A DNA stretch of 63,206 nt, counting the filler, from Kipferlia bialata (Eukaryota), in assembly GCA_003568945.1 (NCBI GenBank). It is 5 parts of 5 records of this genome, joined end to end, with 100 filler letters (N's around TTAATTAATTAA, not from the genome) between each part and the next. Parts side by side here need not be neighbours in the genome. Positions count along the whole stretch, not along the records: positions 1 to 10,137 come from BDIP01000559.1; positions 10,238 to 18,389 come from BDIP01000560.1; 3 more parts are not named here. One strand, 5' to 3'. Positions 1-13,122 of this stretch are shown piece after piece. The notes below the pieces were generated by a model. The model saw nothing but the letters and a program-made list of their open reading frames with translations, had not been told where the DNA came from and made no database searches. Position numbers and translations under genes: made by a program. Numbering within the stretch: position 1 is the first letter of the stretch; each line of letters opens with the position of its first letter.

Positions 1-232
1 ATATATATATATAAATTATGGGGGGGGGGGGGGGGGAGGGAGGGTGTCCCCCTTCTGCAAGGCCTCTCTCCCTATCTCTCTATGGTTATAGTTTGAAGTA
101 CAGACTAACATTCAGACTATTCACAATCCTACAGAATGGCTTGAGCTACACACTCACTCACACACACATATATATATATAAGGATATTAGTATATGTATA
201 CGTAATAGCATATGATATGCATTCACCCCCAG

Positions 233-430
233 AGTCTTCCAGGATGCCCTCAGCAACATGGACCATGTACATATATATATATAGTGATATGTAATTATAT
301 ATGTGCATGTATTTGCAATCATCATCATCTCTTAGTGTGTATGTATTGATAGTCAGGACCTTCCAGGATGCCCTCAGCAACATGGACCTGATGGACTGCT
401 GTGTCGTGATGGGTCTCAAGGGACTGACAG

Positions 431-465
<35 letters not shown>

Positions 466-3400
466 ATATGTGTATGTGGTGATTGGTCTCAAGGGACTGA
501 CAGGTATTTTACTTACGTATGTATATGCAAGTATAGTATATGATATTCGTCTCTCTCTTCATATATGAGTGTTGCATAGTGATTATTGTCTGTGTGGTCA
601 TGGGTCTCAAGGGACTTACAGGTATAGATACTGTCTCTCTCTCATACATATCAATAGTATTATATATATATATATGTATCTATATATCTACCTATGTTGT
701 CTAACATCAGGTGAAGCGAGGAGAGCCCGTATCAGACAGCTCAACCTGGACAGGTACATGCACATCGTATATATACATACGTTGCACATGGTTCAGTGGA
801 CTATTGGAGTCATAGCTATTTGCGCTTCTCTGTTTAGCCGGTACACATATTGCACATCACATGTATAGATGTAGACTATGGTAGGCTCACTCCCAGTAAC
901 ACCAACCTGAGTGTGGTCCTGGACGTGCCAGGTAAGCGTATATATATCTCTCTCTATCCTAAAGAGTAACCACACATACCCCCCCCCATATATATATATA
1001 TTATTATACATATACCTTACCCCAGACTCTGAGAGTGATGACGACAGTCCCTACATGAAGGCCCTGATGGAGAGGCTCGAGGGGTACGGGATATTGTATA
1101 GTATTCTGGATATGTAGGAGATCACATCAACTAACAGATCTCTATGTGCACTATGTTCTAGTTAACAGCCTCAATATATATATATATATATATATGAAGG
1201 CCCTGATGGTGAGGCTAGAGAAGTACGTTATATATGGTTAATTGTGATATACATATATGATATACATATTCATATATACATCAGCGTATCTATAATATGT
1301 CTAGACGTATTTTCAGTCTCAACTTGGACAGCCTTGCCTAGAGAAGCATATGTATGTATTCATGAGTGTGAATATATGAGTGTATATATATGTGTGTGTG
1401 TGTGTGTATCTGTTCTAATTCACAGCCTCAACCTGGACAGCCTTGCCAAGAGGGGCAGCATGATACCACCCTGGGACCATGTGTCACCCACAGTTAGGTA
1501 TGTGTGTATGCCACCTATATATATATGGGGACCATGTGTCACCCACAGTTAGGTATGTGTGTATGCCACCTATATATATATGTATATATACATTCATATA
1601 CATACCCACCGTGAGGTGATATAGTATTCAGTATATGTAGAGACACATACACCCTCTCAATTTCTTAATCATACGTATCCTTGGGACCACGTGTCACCCA
1701 CAATGAGGTGTGTATATATATGATATGAATGCATTTATGTATATATGATAAGTATGTATGTACACTGTGTATGTATATAATAGTCATACGTATCCTTGGG
1801 ACCATGTGTCACCCACAGTGAGGTGTGTATAAGTGCTCCATTATATATTTCTATAAATATATTAATATATGGACGGGACGTCATTCTAAATATGTGTCAC
1901 CTCTCCCCACTAGCTTTCTACTCCTCTACCCCTCAACCCGTCTCTTTCCTAGGCACAGTGATATCGCATCAGTATAAGTAGATACTCTCGTCACTAGATA
2001 CTGATACCAGGCACAGTCTAGTCATGACATTTGGATATATATGTATAAATATACAAATATGTATGTGCCTCCAGTTCCTCCCCCCCCTCAATCTCTCTAC
2101 CCCTCTCTCCCCCTAGGCACAGCCTGGTCATGTCCCGCCTGTCCCCCAGACCAGTGGCACAGGGTACGTATATACACATAAACATGCATATATATATCTA
2201 TACATATATCTACATCTATATACAGGGTTCGTAGACTGGTCATGTCCCAGACCAGAGGCACAGGGTACGCACTACATATGTATACACACACACATATATA
2301 TTCATATATATCTACATCTATATGCAGGGTACCCACATGCATACTCTTCACATCTGATATACACTCGGACTATGTCTCTAATTATTATCCTGTCAATCAA
2401 TGTATCACATATAGTGTATCTTACCTCAGCCACCACTCCAGTACCCAATGCCCAGAAGAGAGAGGGGGTGATGTCATCTGGAGATTCCATGTCTGTGGAC
2501 AGGTATGCTATTACTATATAGATATTCATATTCAGCCCCCCCCCCCCACACGCATTCTCCTTGTCTTGTCCTCAGTGTTACTTCTCTCTCTACACTCAAT
2601 TATATACATATCATGTTCACCCCAGGTACCCCAGCCCAGCAATGGACTCCCCCTCCCCCTCCAGTCCATATGACACTCAGAGTAGAGCATCCAGAACACT
2701 GAGTCCTAGGAGCTCAGTGGTGAGGTATGTTGTATATATGTATATACCAGACACCAGTCTCTGTCTTAGTCCGCTATATTGCCAACCCTAGTCTTTAGCA
2801 TTCTGACGTTCATGTATGTGTCAGTCTAGACAGTGTATCTGTAACCTTACTTGCACACCTAACTCACCCAGCCTTGCCCTGTCCATTGTCGTATACACCA
2901 CAAATATATATACTCACATATTATATACTCTTGTTAACTATCATATATGTATTGTTATTCGTATTATCGTGTATACCTCACCCAGTCTTGCCCTGTCCAT
3001 TGCAAGTGCAGCCATCGAGAGGGCCAGAGCAAGAGGTACTATCACTCATATATACCATATACAACACTATAGTGTCACTCTGGTTATAGGCACATATATA
3101 GCGTATATATATTAGTGCAACCATCGAGAGGGCCAGAGCAAGAGGTACTGTTCTACTCATATATCTACCACATACAACACCTTTGTGTCTCTCTAGTCTA
3201 GAGAGGGCCATTACAGGAGGTGATGTCTGGAGTATCACTGTATCTTTTGACACATTCTCTCTGTCATTATCATCTCAGATCAGTTACAGTGAGTCTAATA
3301 CCCAGGCTTTGTTTCTCCACTTGTGGCATCCAGTGTCGAGACACCCACAGGTGAGTGCATTATATTCACCACAGAATAGGGTCTCTATATATTGAGTTAG

Positions 3401-5087
3401 TGTCTGCTATCCTACCGCTGTGTGTATCTATTTGTGCACGAGTCTCAGTAGGTATTTATCTCACCCTCCCAGGCCTCATCTCGCCCTTCCCTGCTGACTA
3501 CTCGCCTCTCTCTGTCTCAGTGCCCCCCTACCCCATGGTAGCCTCATACCACACACCCAGGTACATTGTAGGCATTACTCTATTTGTGTATTGTCTAGGG
3601 GTATATATGGAACCTTCTGATTGTTACCATACACCCAGGTAGCATATATCTCTTACTATATGCCCATATGACCCTTAGATCTACGATTCATATTTCAGCT
3701 GCCACTATGGATAAACTATATCATATTCAAAGTAACCATATTTCAAATCTTCCTCATTCCCAGTGGCAGCGGCTTCAGACTGTCCCCCAGCTACAGTGAC
3801 AGTCAGAGTAGGGAGAGCAACGAGGGAGAGGGAGAGAGGCCCTCCAGGGATAGCACATCATCTCCCAATGAGAGGTATAGCTATGCATATACTTGTACTA
3901 GAGTCTAGTATTATAGCTGGTATGTAATATTTTGATCGTTATCTCCTTGTATTTATACATGGACTTGCAAGCATCTTCTCATCCCCAGGGAGACAGAGAC
4001 AGAGACCGGGAGGCTGGATGTGGAGACACTTTCCCCAGGTAGATCCATGTATATTCATATATATATGTATGTATGTATGTATATATATATATGTATGTAT
4101 ATTCTCGTATATGGCAGTCAGTCAGTTAGAGAGTCCTATGAGTCCTGTAGTGGGAATACACTCAGCAGTAGATGTAGTAGTATAGTTCGGTCAACCAGAG
4201 TTATCTTAACACTCCCTCACCCTGTAGGTCTCCCCTCCCCCTTCGTCCTGTCACCCATGATGGGGTACAGTCCCATCGCTGCCAGGTATTATATATATAA
4301 TATACAATGCATGTGTATATATTATACATATGCATATATATAGAAGTGTATGATATTTAGATACATTCCCCTGTGACCCATAGTGGGGTGCAGCCCCACC
4401 CTCGGTGCCAGGTATAGTACATATATCTTATACATATCTTGTATATCTTATATATTGCTGATAGTCTAGTGTATCAACTCATCGATATCTATATATGTTA
4501 CACTAGTACAGAATATGTTGCATGCCCCTCTCACTAGATATATATCTACTTGTGAATAGATGTGTGTTTATATACCCATTCTAACCCTCAGTATATCTGA
4601 GACCTTCTCACCGGGGCACCTCTATGTATATATCTGAATGTAGTATTCATTCAGTCCTTGTATATCGTTCTCATCCCAGTGTGTCTCAGACTGTCGAGGC
4701 AGTGACAGGGGGAGAGAGAGAGTCACCCACTCTTCACAGCTTTGCCACTGATAGGTACTATATGTCTATTCATACAATACCTATGATCCACTATCAGTCA
4801 TAATTTATGTATATATCCGTATGATCATAATGTTTATTCTGTGTATATACACATTATCTGGTGCCCACTCCTTCTCACCACTAGTGAGGCATACACATCC
4901 ATGAACAATTTCCTTATATAGTGAATGCATAGATCTATGCACTCTCTTTCTAACACCTCGGCCAGTACATATTTATATGTATATATATAGTATTTGAGGC
5001 TCCTTCTTACCGCTAGGGATGTACACACACCCATGCCCCTCAGCAGGCAGGGAGGGAGGAGAGAGACCCAGGTATATGCATAGACAC

Positions 5088-5126
<39 letters not shown>

Positions 5127-8100
5127 CACTATACAATATGTAGTTTCTCACTCAAGGGAGGGAGGGGAAGACCCAGGTGTACCCAGATCATATATACTAT
5201 ATATATATATATATATAATTCGACATACTATATATACAATACATGCTAGTATCACTCATACACCAGGGACAGAGGAGAGAGACCCAGGTGTACTACAGAG
5301 TACCCATACAGGACGGGGTCCCCACTCCTGCTCCCAGGTATGTCCACTATGTAAGTGGCACCCACATATATATGTATGACATGTATATAGTGTAGTACTC
5401 TTGTATACAGGATGGGGTCCCCACTCCTGCTCCCAGGTATATATAGACTATGATATATCTATATTCAGTACTATGTGATGTGTTTATGTCGCCCTGCCTC
5501 TATGTACCCATTATGCCGTCTCTCACTCCAGGTACAGGACTGGGGACGAGACCCTGCAGAGAGTAGGCGAGTGGCATTGTGATGATTCTTCCAATGCGTT
5601 GTATACATATTGCCCTGTATACACATCGGACTCCTCTATATATACACAATATATACCATGCCTATACTATATCTTCCTCTGTTCTCACACTTCCAGCACT
5701 TGCGAGTGATATTCTCTACACGACTATATATGATATATACCTATTTAGAGTGTCATTCTCACCCCAGTGTCTGCCCGGGCCAGTGTCCTCAACCAGGTGG
5801 GAGATAGGAGTAAAGACATTTATCCAGTCTTCAGTATCAGTGCATCAATGCAAATATTGCACCAGTAATAGTATATTTGGATCCGTATATATGCTACGGG
5901 TAACAGTAACAGTTACAGTACTTATCTGTATACATTTGGCATAGGCACACTGACACTAGGTTGGCCCCAGTCTGTCCAAGGTACCTGCTTTCCTTGAGGG
6001 TCTCTATCCTCTCAGGGAGCTAGGGTCCATAGAGCATGCGGGCCTACGCAGGGGTACGGGGCATATATATACACATACACCATGCTATACTTATATATAT
6101 ATATATGTATGTATGTATGTGTGTATATATATGCATGTATATCTCTCTATCTCACTCCAGGCTTCCTTATGGAGTGGGAGAAGCAGCTGATATGCCTCAG
6201 TACCCTATATATATACGTATAGTAAATACATATATATATATATATATCTCACTCCAGGCTTCCTAACAGAGTGGGAGGAGCAGCTGATGGCACTCTGCAA
6301 CCAGTGCACAGAGACCATACCCAGGTATACTACTGATACTGATAGAGATGCTGACACTGATACTTATCCTGATACATATACTGATACTAATTCTATGACT
6401 GATACTCATTCTGATTCTGATACTAATACTGATACCTATACTCATACTGATACTGATACTGATACTGATCCCTAGATGTGAGAGCACCGGGGACCCCATC
6501 CATGCAGGGTATGCTGTGGCACTGGTGCGTTGTATAATGCATTAATTATTAGGATATTAGTAAATTATAGTAATACAATTATTAATATACATCTTATGTT
6601 TATTGAGTGTTCTAATATATTGATACTGATACTTATCCGTGTGGGGTATGCTGTGGCACTGGTGCGTTAGTCTAACCCATCTCTCTCCACCAGGATATAT
6701 ATATATCATAGGCACTAGGACGCCGTCTGTCTCTGTCATCTCTCCTCTTAACCCTCCAGACTGCTGCTAGGACTGACCTCGAGGCACTGCTTAGCAGAGT
6801 GGTAGAGGCCAGATACAAGGCACCTGAGGGTAAGTTTCCAATATAATATAACATGGAAAATACATACTAAATAGGGATATTAGCAATCATCTTAGAAGAG
6901 TGATAGAGGCCAGATACAAGGCACCTGAGGGTGAGTGTAGTATACAGATACTACTTTATGAATATGCATACTATCTAGGAGTATTATTGCGACATACTCA
7001 GATATGTTTTCTAACCCTCAGGCACTGCCTCTGTGGCCAGACCCAACACTGCCAGGATGAGGTACATGTATATATATATATATACTTATTGATATATGGA
7101 TACAATATATACACTTATAGGTCTATTTCAGAAGTATACAGTTTATATAATATATACATAATTAGTGGGGCGTCAAGAATCCATGTATACCTACTGCAGC
7201 CTGTCTTTCAAGTGTCCTATTGTAGTATCTATGTAATCTGTCTGTATTTAACCCCCAGACACCTTGGCATGTCCCCCAGGGGCAGGTACACACCAAAGGG
7301 GGCAGGTGGGATCAGCAGTATAGGTATATCTATACAAATACGTATGTGCATACATATGTATTGTTTGTAATCCATTCAGTATGTGCTACACAATGAAACT
7401 CTCTTGTTGACAATCCTCTCATCCTCTAGGCCGGCGTCTCTCCTCCATGTCCACCAGGCATGTGCCACAGACAGCACAGATAGGTACATACTTCGGCATC
7501 TTATATATGTATATATATTGTGCATACATTTACTGTCTCTCCTCCATGTCCACTAGGCACAGACAAGTGTATTCATATACATATTTCTATATATATACTG
7601 TTTGTATACTGTGTATATATATACGATATATGCAATTATATAGTTTTCAACCATACATTCTTGTCGTACATGTGTGTCAACTAACCCCAGGTACCAGGTC
7701 CCACCTCACCTATGCCCAGACACCAACACAGAGGAGGTATGGTATATATACATATATATGTGTGTGTGAATATTAGCCTTGTCATTTGTGTACATCGTTC
7801 ATGCTCCTATACCATTCCATTTTACTCTTAGTACATTCAGTATCGTTATCACTCATATGCATTGTACATGCTCTCCTATAGCTTGTGGCCTCACGCCCAG
7901 GGTCACCTACACCCCAAGGCCCATCACATCCGGTAAGTATGTATATATATATATATATCACTATCATTATAGTATGTCTTGTATCTCACAGTACAATGCA
8001 TCACCTTCATACACACCAAGGCCCATCACATCCGGTGAGTTTATATGGATGTGGTATATATGCTTGTGTATAGTGTGTTGCATCTAACAAGTACTATACT

Positions 8101-8582
8101 ATATATGGAGATTCTATGACTGCTTTTTCTGGTGCCTGCGACAATATTTACTATTCTCAATATACAGACATGTAAATGGTGTATTTCTATTCTTTTCCAC
8201 TAATCTCACGATCACAGTACGGCCAGAGATGTATGTACATATTTGTATACAACCACCATACAATCATTCTTGGAGTATTTGCTGAGGATACATGCGAGTA
8301 TAATATATAGTATTATACTCAACACTCACGTTTAGAGTACGGCCAGAGGAGAGCACAAAAGTAGTACACTAGATATATATATATATGGTACACATTAAAT
8401 TACTCATTACATACACTCACTCTTAGAGTACGGCCAGAGGAGAGCCTATATGTCAGTGTATGCTAGATATGATATATAGTATTGTACTCTTCTCACGTTT
8501 AGAGTACGGCCAGAGGAGAGACACCATGAGTAGTGTCACATGGCAGACAAGACGTGCCCAGCACACCAGCAGCTGGGTGTGA
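233..8582 (+). CDS. 5'-partial multi-exon hypothetical Ser/Pro/Thr/Arg-rich protein
   Basis: GC-rich exons between GT..CTNAC-YAG introns splice in frame where checked: FQDALSNMDLMDCCVVMGLKGLT ... LNLDSLAKRGSMIPPWDHVSPTVR ... FLTEWEEQLMALCNQCTETIPR ... EYGQRRDTMSSVTWQTRRAQHTSSWV*. TGA at 8580-8582. No family recognised; not every internal junction was verified. Confidence 0.75.
6330..6468 (+). repeat. degenerate (ATACTG)n hexamer microsatellite in an intron
   Basis: gatactgatactgat... repeats directly visible. They explain the spurious DTDT/ISIS ORFs. Confidence 0.85.
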
Positions 8583-9184
8583 TACGGTTACGCTTCCACA
8601 ATATAGGGGTGTATACTATGTGTTACTATGCATACTGGTAGCATACAGCTGGGTGTGAGAGGGTAGAGGGTATAGGGTACACTCCTAAGCTTGTGGCTGT
8701 AAGGGAGGGAGGGAGAGGGTATCGACTGCTGGATGTGAGAGGGGTACATACTGCCACAGTATAGATGGGTACTATACTCCGATAGCATGTGGCAGTTAGA
8801 TATGGAGATGGTACCCTTGTTGTTTTGTGTTTGTTTGCATCGTTACCACCATTTATGAGGACTACTGTCTCTCTACAATGGTGTGTATTACAGTCACTGG
8901 ACTGATGGCCATAATAGATCGTTTATATATGCCTGATGTGGCTGACTCTGGGAGTATTCAGGAGCATAACAGTACTAAGCGATACTATTCAGTTTCACTT
9001 AGTATCATCTTATTAATGAGTGTGTATAATATAATTTAACCCAAAGTACATTATATTGAGGTGTATCGGCTCAAGTTTCTGCACCCTTTTCCCTCAAACC
9101 CAGTTCGCGTTCCTTTCGCCCAGTTGACCTCTGCTTGTACTGTAGTGCATCACAGTAGACCATCACACAGTATCAGGCACCAGT

Positions 9185-9885
9185 ATGAGAGGCCGTGATC
9201 ACAGGTATGCTCCTGTCTTGCCGTTACATACATTGCATATCCAGGTGGTTGTGGTTGGAGTCGGTATGCACCTGTGAGGTTGTTGAGTGATATACCACTC
9301 ATACCAGATCACGCACTCCCCAGGCTAGCCCCACTGGTATATATGTGGCCAATGATGGACGTAAATATATCCAGTACCATGGAAAAGAGGCCATAAGGCT
9401 GCTACTAGAGGTATTGCTTCACAGACAGTTGGATTGAGTGGCGGGAACAACTCCTGTCACTCTTCCTGGTGCTCTACTGATGATATGTACCTACCATTCA
9501 TGTTCATGTGATCTTTATACGTATATTAGTGTCTCTGACTGACCGTAGAGTGACAGAGTGGACTACAGACACCTGGGTATCGACTACGTAGACCTCCATT
9601 CCCCAGTGCCTATCAATGGGCACACCACACCCTTGGTTGGTACAGGAGGTGAGTACATGTGTTAATGCACCATATACGGTCTCTGGGTGGAGAATACTAA
9701 GTAGTGGAATCGCATCCTCAATGGAGTTGGTCACATTCAATACCCTAGCGTTCCACTCTCTCCTTCTGCTCTTTCTAAGACTAAGACTATCTGTGGTATG
9801 CGTGTGCATACATACCATTCTGATCCTCAGCCACACCCCGTCCATACTCTGACACCCCTGAGAAGAGAGTGCTCCTGAAGCAGGG
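9185..9885 (+). CDS. 5' end of a hypothetical gene, truncated by the contig end
   Basis: Short exons with canonical splice sites give ...VVVVGVDHALPRLAPLYHGKEAIRLLLE / SDRVDYRHLGIDYVDLHSPVPINGHTTPLVGTG. Start and exact junctions uncertain. Confidence 0.4.
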
Positions 9886-10089
9886 TATGTATAGTGTTGT
9901 ATAATCGTGTAATCACCTATTATGTCCCTTTCTCTATCATTCCCTCTCTCTCTCTCTCTCTACTAGTGGAGAATCTACTACCTGTCCCCTACTGCTGACA
10001 TGATAGATACATAGTATGTCTCCCTCATACCCTTATGTAAGTGCCCTTGTATAGGAGTATGCAAGTGTGTGTCATCCCTTGACCACTCT

Positions 10090-10137
<48 letters not shown>

Positions 10138-10237
10138 NNNNNNNNNNNNNNNNNNNNNNNNNNNNNNNNNNNNNNNNNNNNTTAATTAATTAANNNNNNN
10201 NNNNNNNNNNNNNNNNNNNNNNNNNNNNNNNNNNNNN
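10138..10237. other. artificial contig linker N44-TTAATTAATTAA-N44
   Basis: Six-frame stop linker flanked by 44 Ns; identical to three other linkers in the window. Confidence 0.98.
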
Positions 10238-10304
10238 TTTTGAGTAATTTTTTTTTCCCCCCCCCCCCCCCCCATATATATATGAACATTTACTTACCCC
10301 CCAG

Positions 10305-11317
10305 GAGAAGGTTGTCGAGAGGGCCGGCCAGCACCAGATCATCATCTTCGTGCACAGCAGGTACGGGACTCTCTCTCTCTCTCTTTCTTTCTCTATGTCC
10401 ATCTCTCTCTCTCTCCTCTTTGCTAATACCAGGAAGGAGACTGTCCGTTCCGCCAAGCTCATCAGAGACGGCCTCATGGAGCAGGTATCTAACTTACTAA
10501 TAGTGTATTGATATTTGTAAGTGTATGAATATTCCGAATCCAGTCTCCCCTCCCGCTCTCTCACCCCCAGGGCCTCATTGGCAAGCTGGTCCCCGAGAGC
10601 GGTGCCACAGTCAGGGTCCTCCAGGTACATGTACTTCGTACTCATATGTGTATTGTCACTACGTATAGTCTTCAATATACGCCCCCTGATGCCCAGGACT
10701 CTGTGGCCGAGGCCCAGTCCAACGACCTTAAGGACCTCCTCCCACATGGAGTGGCTGTCCACAATGCAGGTGTGTGGTGTATGTATGTATATATATATGG
10801 ATAGCGTGTTCCATTCAGTAGTGCGTTACAGCGAGTTATGTCTAATCCGTAGGAATGACCCGTTCCGACAGACACCTCATCGAGAGGCTCTTTGCCCAGA
10901 GGCACATCCAGGTATAGTCTCTCTCTCTCTCTCTCTCTGTATTATTCAAGTATAATATACTCACCCCAGATCCTTGTGTCCACAGCCACCCTTGCCTGGG
11001 GTGTCAACCTCCCTGCCCACACAGTTATCATCAAGGGCACAGACGTGTACTCATCTGAGATGGGTACGTGGTGATCATATATGATTGAGTCCTATATAAT
11101 AGTAACTATGTATACCTTACCCTCAGGTGGCTGGGTCGACCTTGGTTTCATGGATGTCCTTCAGATGATTGGTCGTGCCGGAAGGCCCCAGTTCGATACT
11201 AGTGGAGAGGGTACGTGTATACTATCTCTCTCTATGTTTTTTGTGTACCCCTTATTCTTTCACCCCCCTGGAATCATCAACACCAAGGAGAGTGCCGTGT
11301 CGTACCTCTGTATATTC

Positions 11318-11350
<33 letters not shown>

Positions 11351-13082
11351 ACACCCTTACCCTCACCCCCTAAGTATCATCATCACCAAGGAGAGTGCCA
11401 TGTCGTATCTCTGTATATTCTCTCTCTCTCTCTCTCTCTCTCTACACCCTTATGTTCACCCCAGGTATCATCATCACCAAGGAGAGTGCCATGTCGTACT
11501 ACCTGTCCATCTTCAACGAGCAGCTGCCAGTGGAGTCCAGGATGATCGGCCGGTACGTATAATTACCATCCAAAGTGAATAATAATAGTGCATTACTTGG
11601 CTTCATTGTTAGTGTGTAAATATCATTCCATCTCTTACCTCCAGTCTGTGCGAGGCCCTCAATGCCGAGATTGTCCTAGGCACTGTGGCAGATGTCAGAG
11701 AGGCAGTCATCTGGCTCAGATACACATACCTCTACTCCAGGTACACAATACACTGTTCTAATCCTATTTCCCCCATGTGGTTCTGATGTCCATATTCGTC
11801 TAGCCCCTCACTGTCAGGATGATGACCGACTCCTCCAACGCTGCCGCAGACAGGTATGTGGCATATGAATATGTCAAGTGAACTGGAAGATAACTTCTAT
11901 AACGTATAATTGTATTCCCTCACCCCCCAGGTACGGCGTATCCCAGTCCATGCGTGTTAAGTCTCTCTCTATACGTAGTCTTGTGTATTATGAAGTACAT
12001 ATTACCTACCCTCAGGTACGGTGTGTCCCAGTCCATGCGTGTTGAGGACAAGGGCCTGGTCAGATACAGAAAGGCACTCATCGTGGCAGCTGCCACAGAG
12101 CTCGCCAAGCAGGGTACGTATGTATGTATATGTATACACACACGAGTGTATATACATATAGTATCATCCTAACCCCCCAGGCCTTGCCTCCTTCGATGTG
12201 GCCACCCAGCGCCTCTCCCCCCTGCCCCTGGGTAGGATTGCAGCCAAGTTCTACATCACCCCACAGACAGCCAACAGATACAGCAGGTACTGTACCATCT
12301 ACCCTCACTGTGTTGTTCTAATACTTGTGCCCATCTCACCCCCCAGGCTTCTCCGCCCTGACCTCGAGTCCCCCACCGAGCTCCTGTCTGTCTTTGCAGC
12401 AGCAGACGAGTTTGCAGCAAGTGAGTGACAGTAACAGTACTCTCTCTATATATATATGTGTGTGTGTAGTAGAATTGTATTTGTATAACAGGGATCTCTC
12501 TCTCTTTCTCTTGGTTACCCCTCACCCCCAGTCAACCTCCGTTCTGAGGAGAAGGGTGAGCTGCGCCGTGTCATTGAGCGTGTCCCCATTCCCATCGCAG
12601 AGGAGGACACATCCCCACACGCAAAGATCATCGCTCTCCTGCAGGTAGATAGCAGACCTCCCTGAATATTGATTTTTGTACTCCATCCCCTCACCCCCAG
12701 GTGTTCATCTCCCGCCTCAACCTTGACGGCTTTGCCATGGTGGCTGACATGGTGTACATTGTGCAGAGCGCACAGAGGTATGTATTGCTTAGATATACAT
12801 GTATGTATGATACGTATCGCGCTTTTTCAATTGATATAGATTATGCAATTGATACAGTGCCATAGTATGATCTAAGTATGAACTAACCCCCCAGACTGAT
12901 GCGTGCTCTGTTTAAGATTGCCCCTCTATTATTCAAGTAACTATGCAATGGATATTGACTATATAATATCATTGTCTTACTCTAGACTGATGCGTGCTCT
13001 GTTTGAGATTGCCCTTGCCAAGAAGATGGCATACCCCACCCTGGCCCTGCTCAAGCTCAGCCAGCAGTGCCAGCACAGGTAT

Positions 13083-13122
<40 letters not shown>

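Noticed and set aside
9185..9650. Possible vWA/Ku-like N-terminus (VVVVGVDH..KEAIRLLLE)
   Set aside because: Too short and the exon structure is ambiguous; no family call is supportable.
10138..10237. Palindromic TTAATTAATTAA recurring four times
   Set aside because: Synthetic six-frame-stop linker between contigs. Gene adjacency across linkers (for example Brr2 next to the Spt16-M gene) is meaningless.
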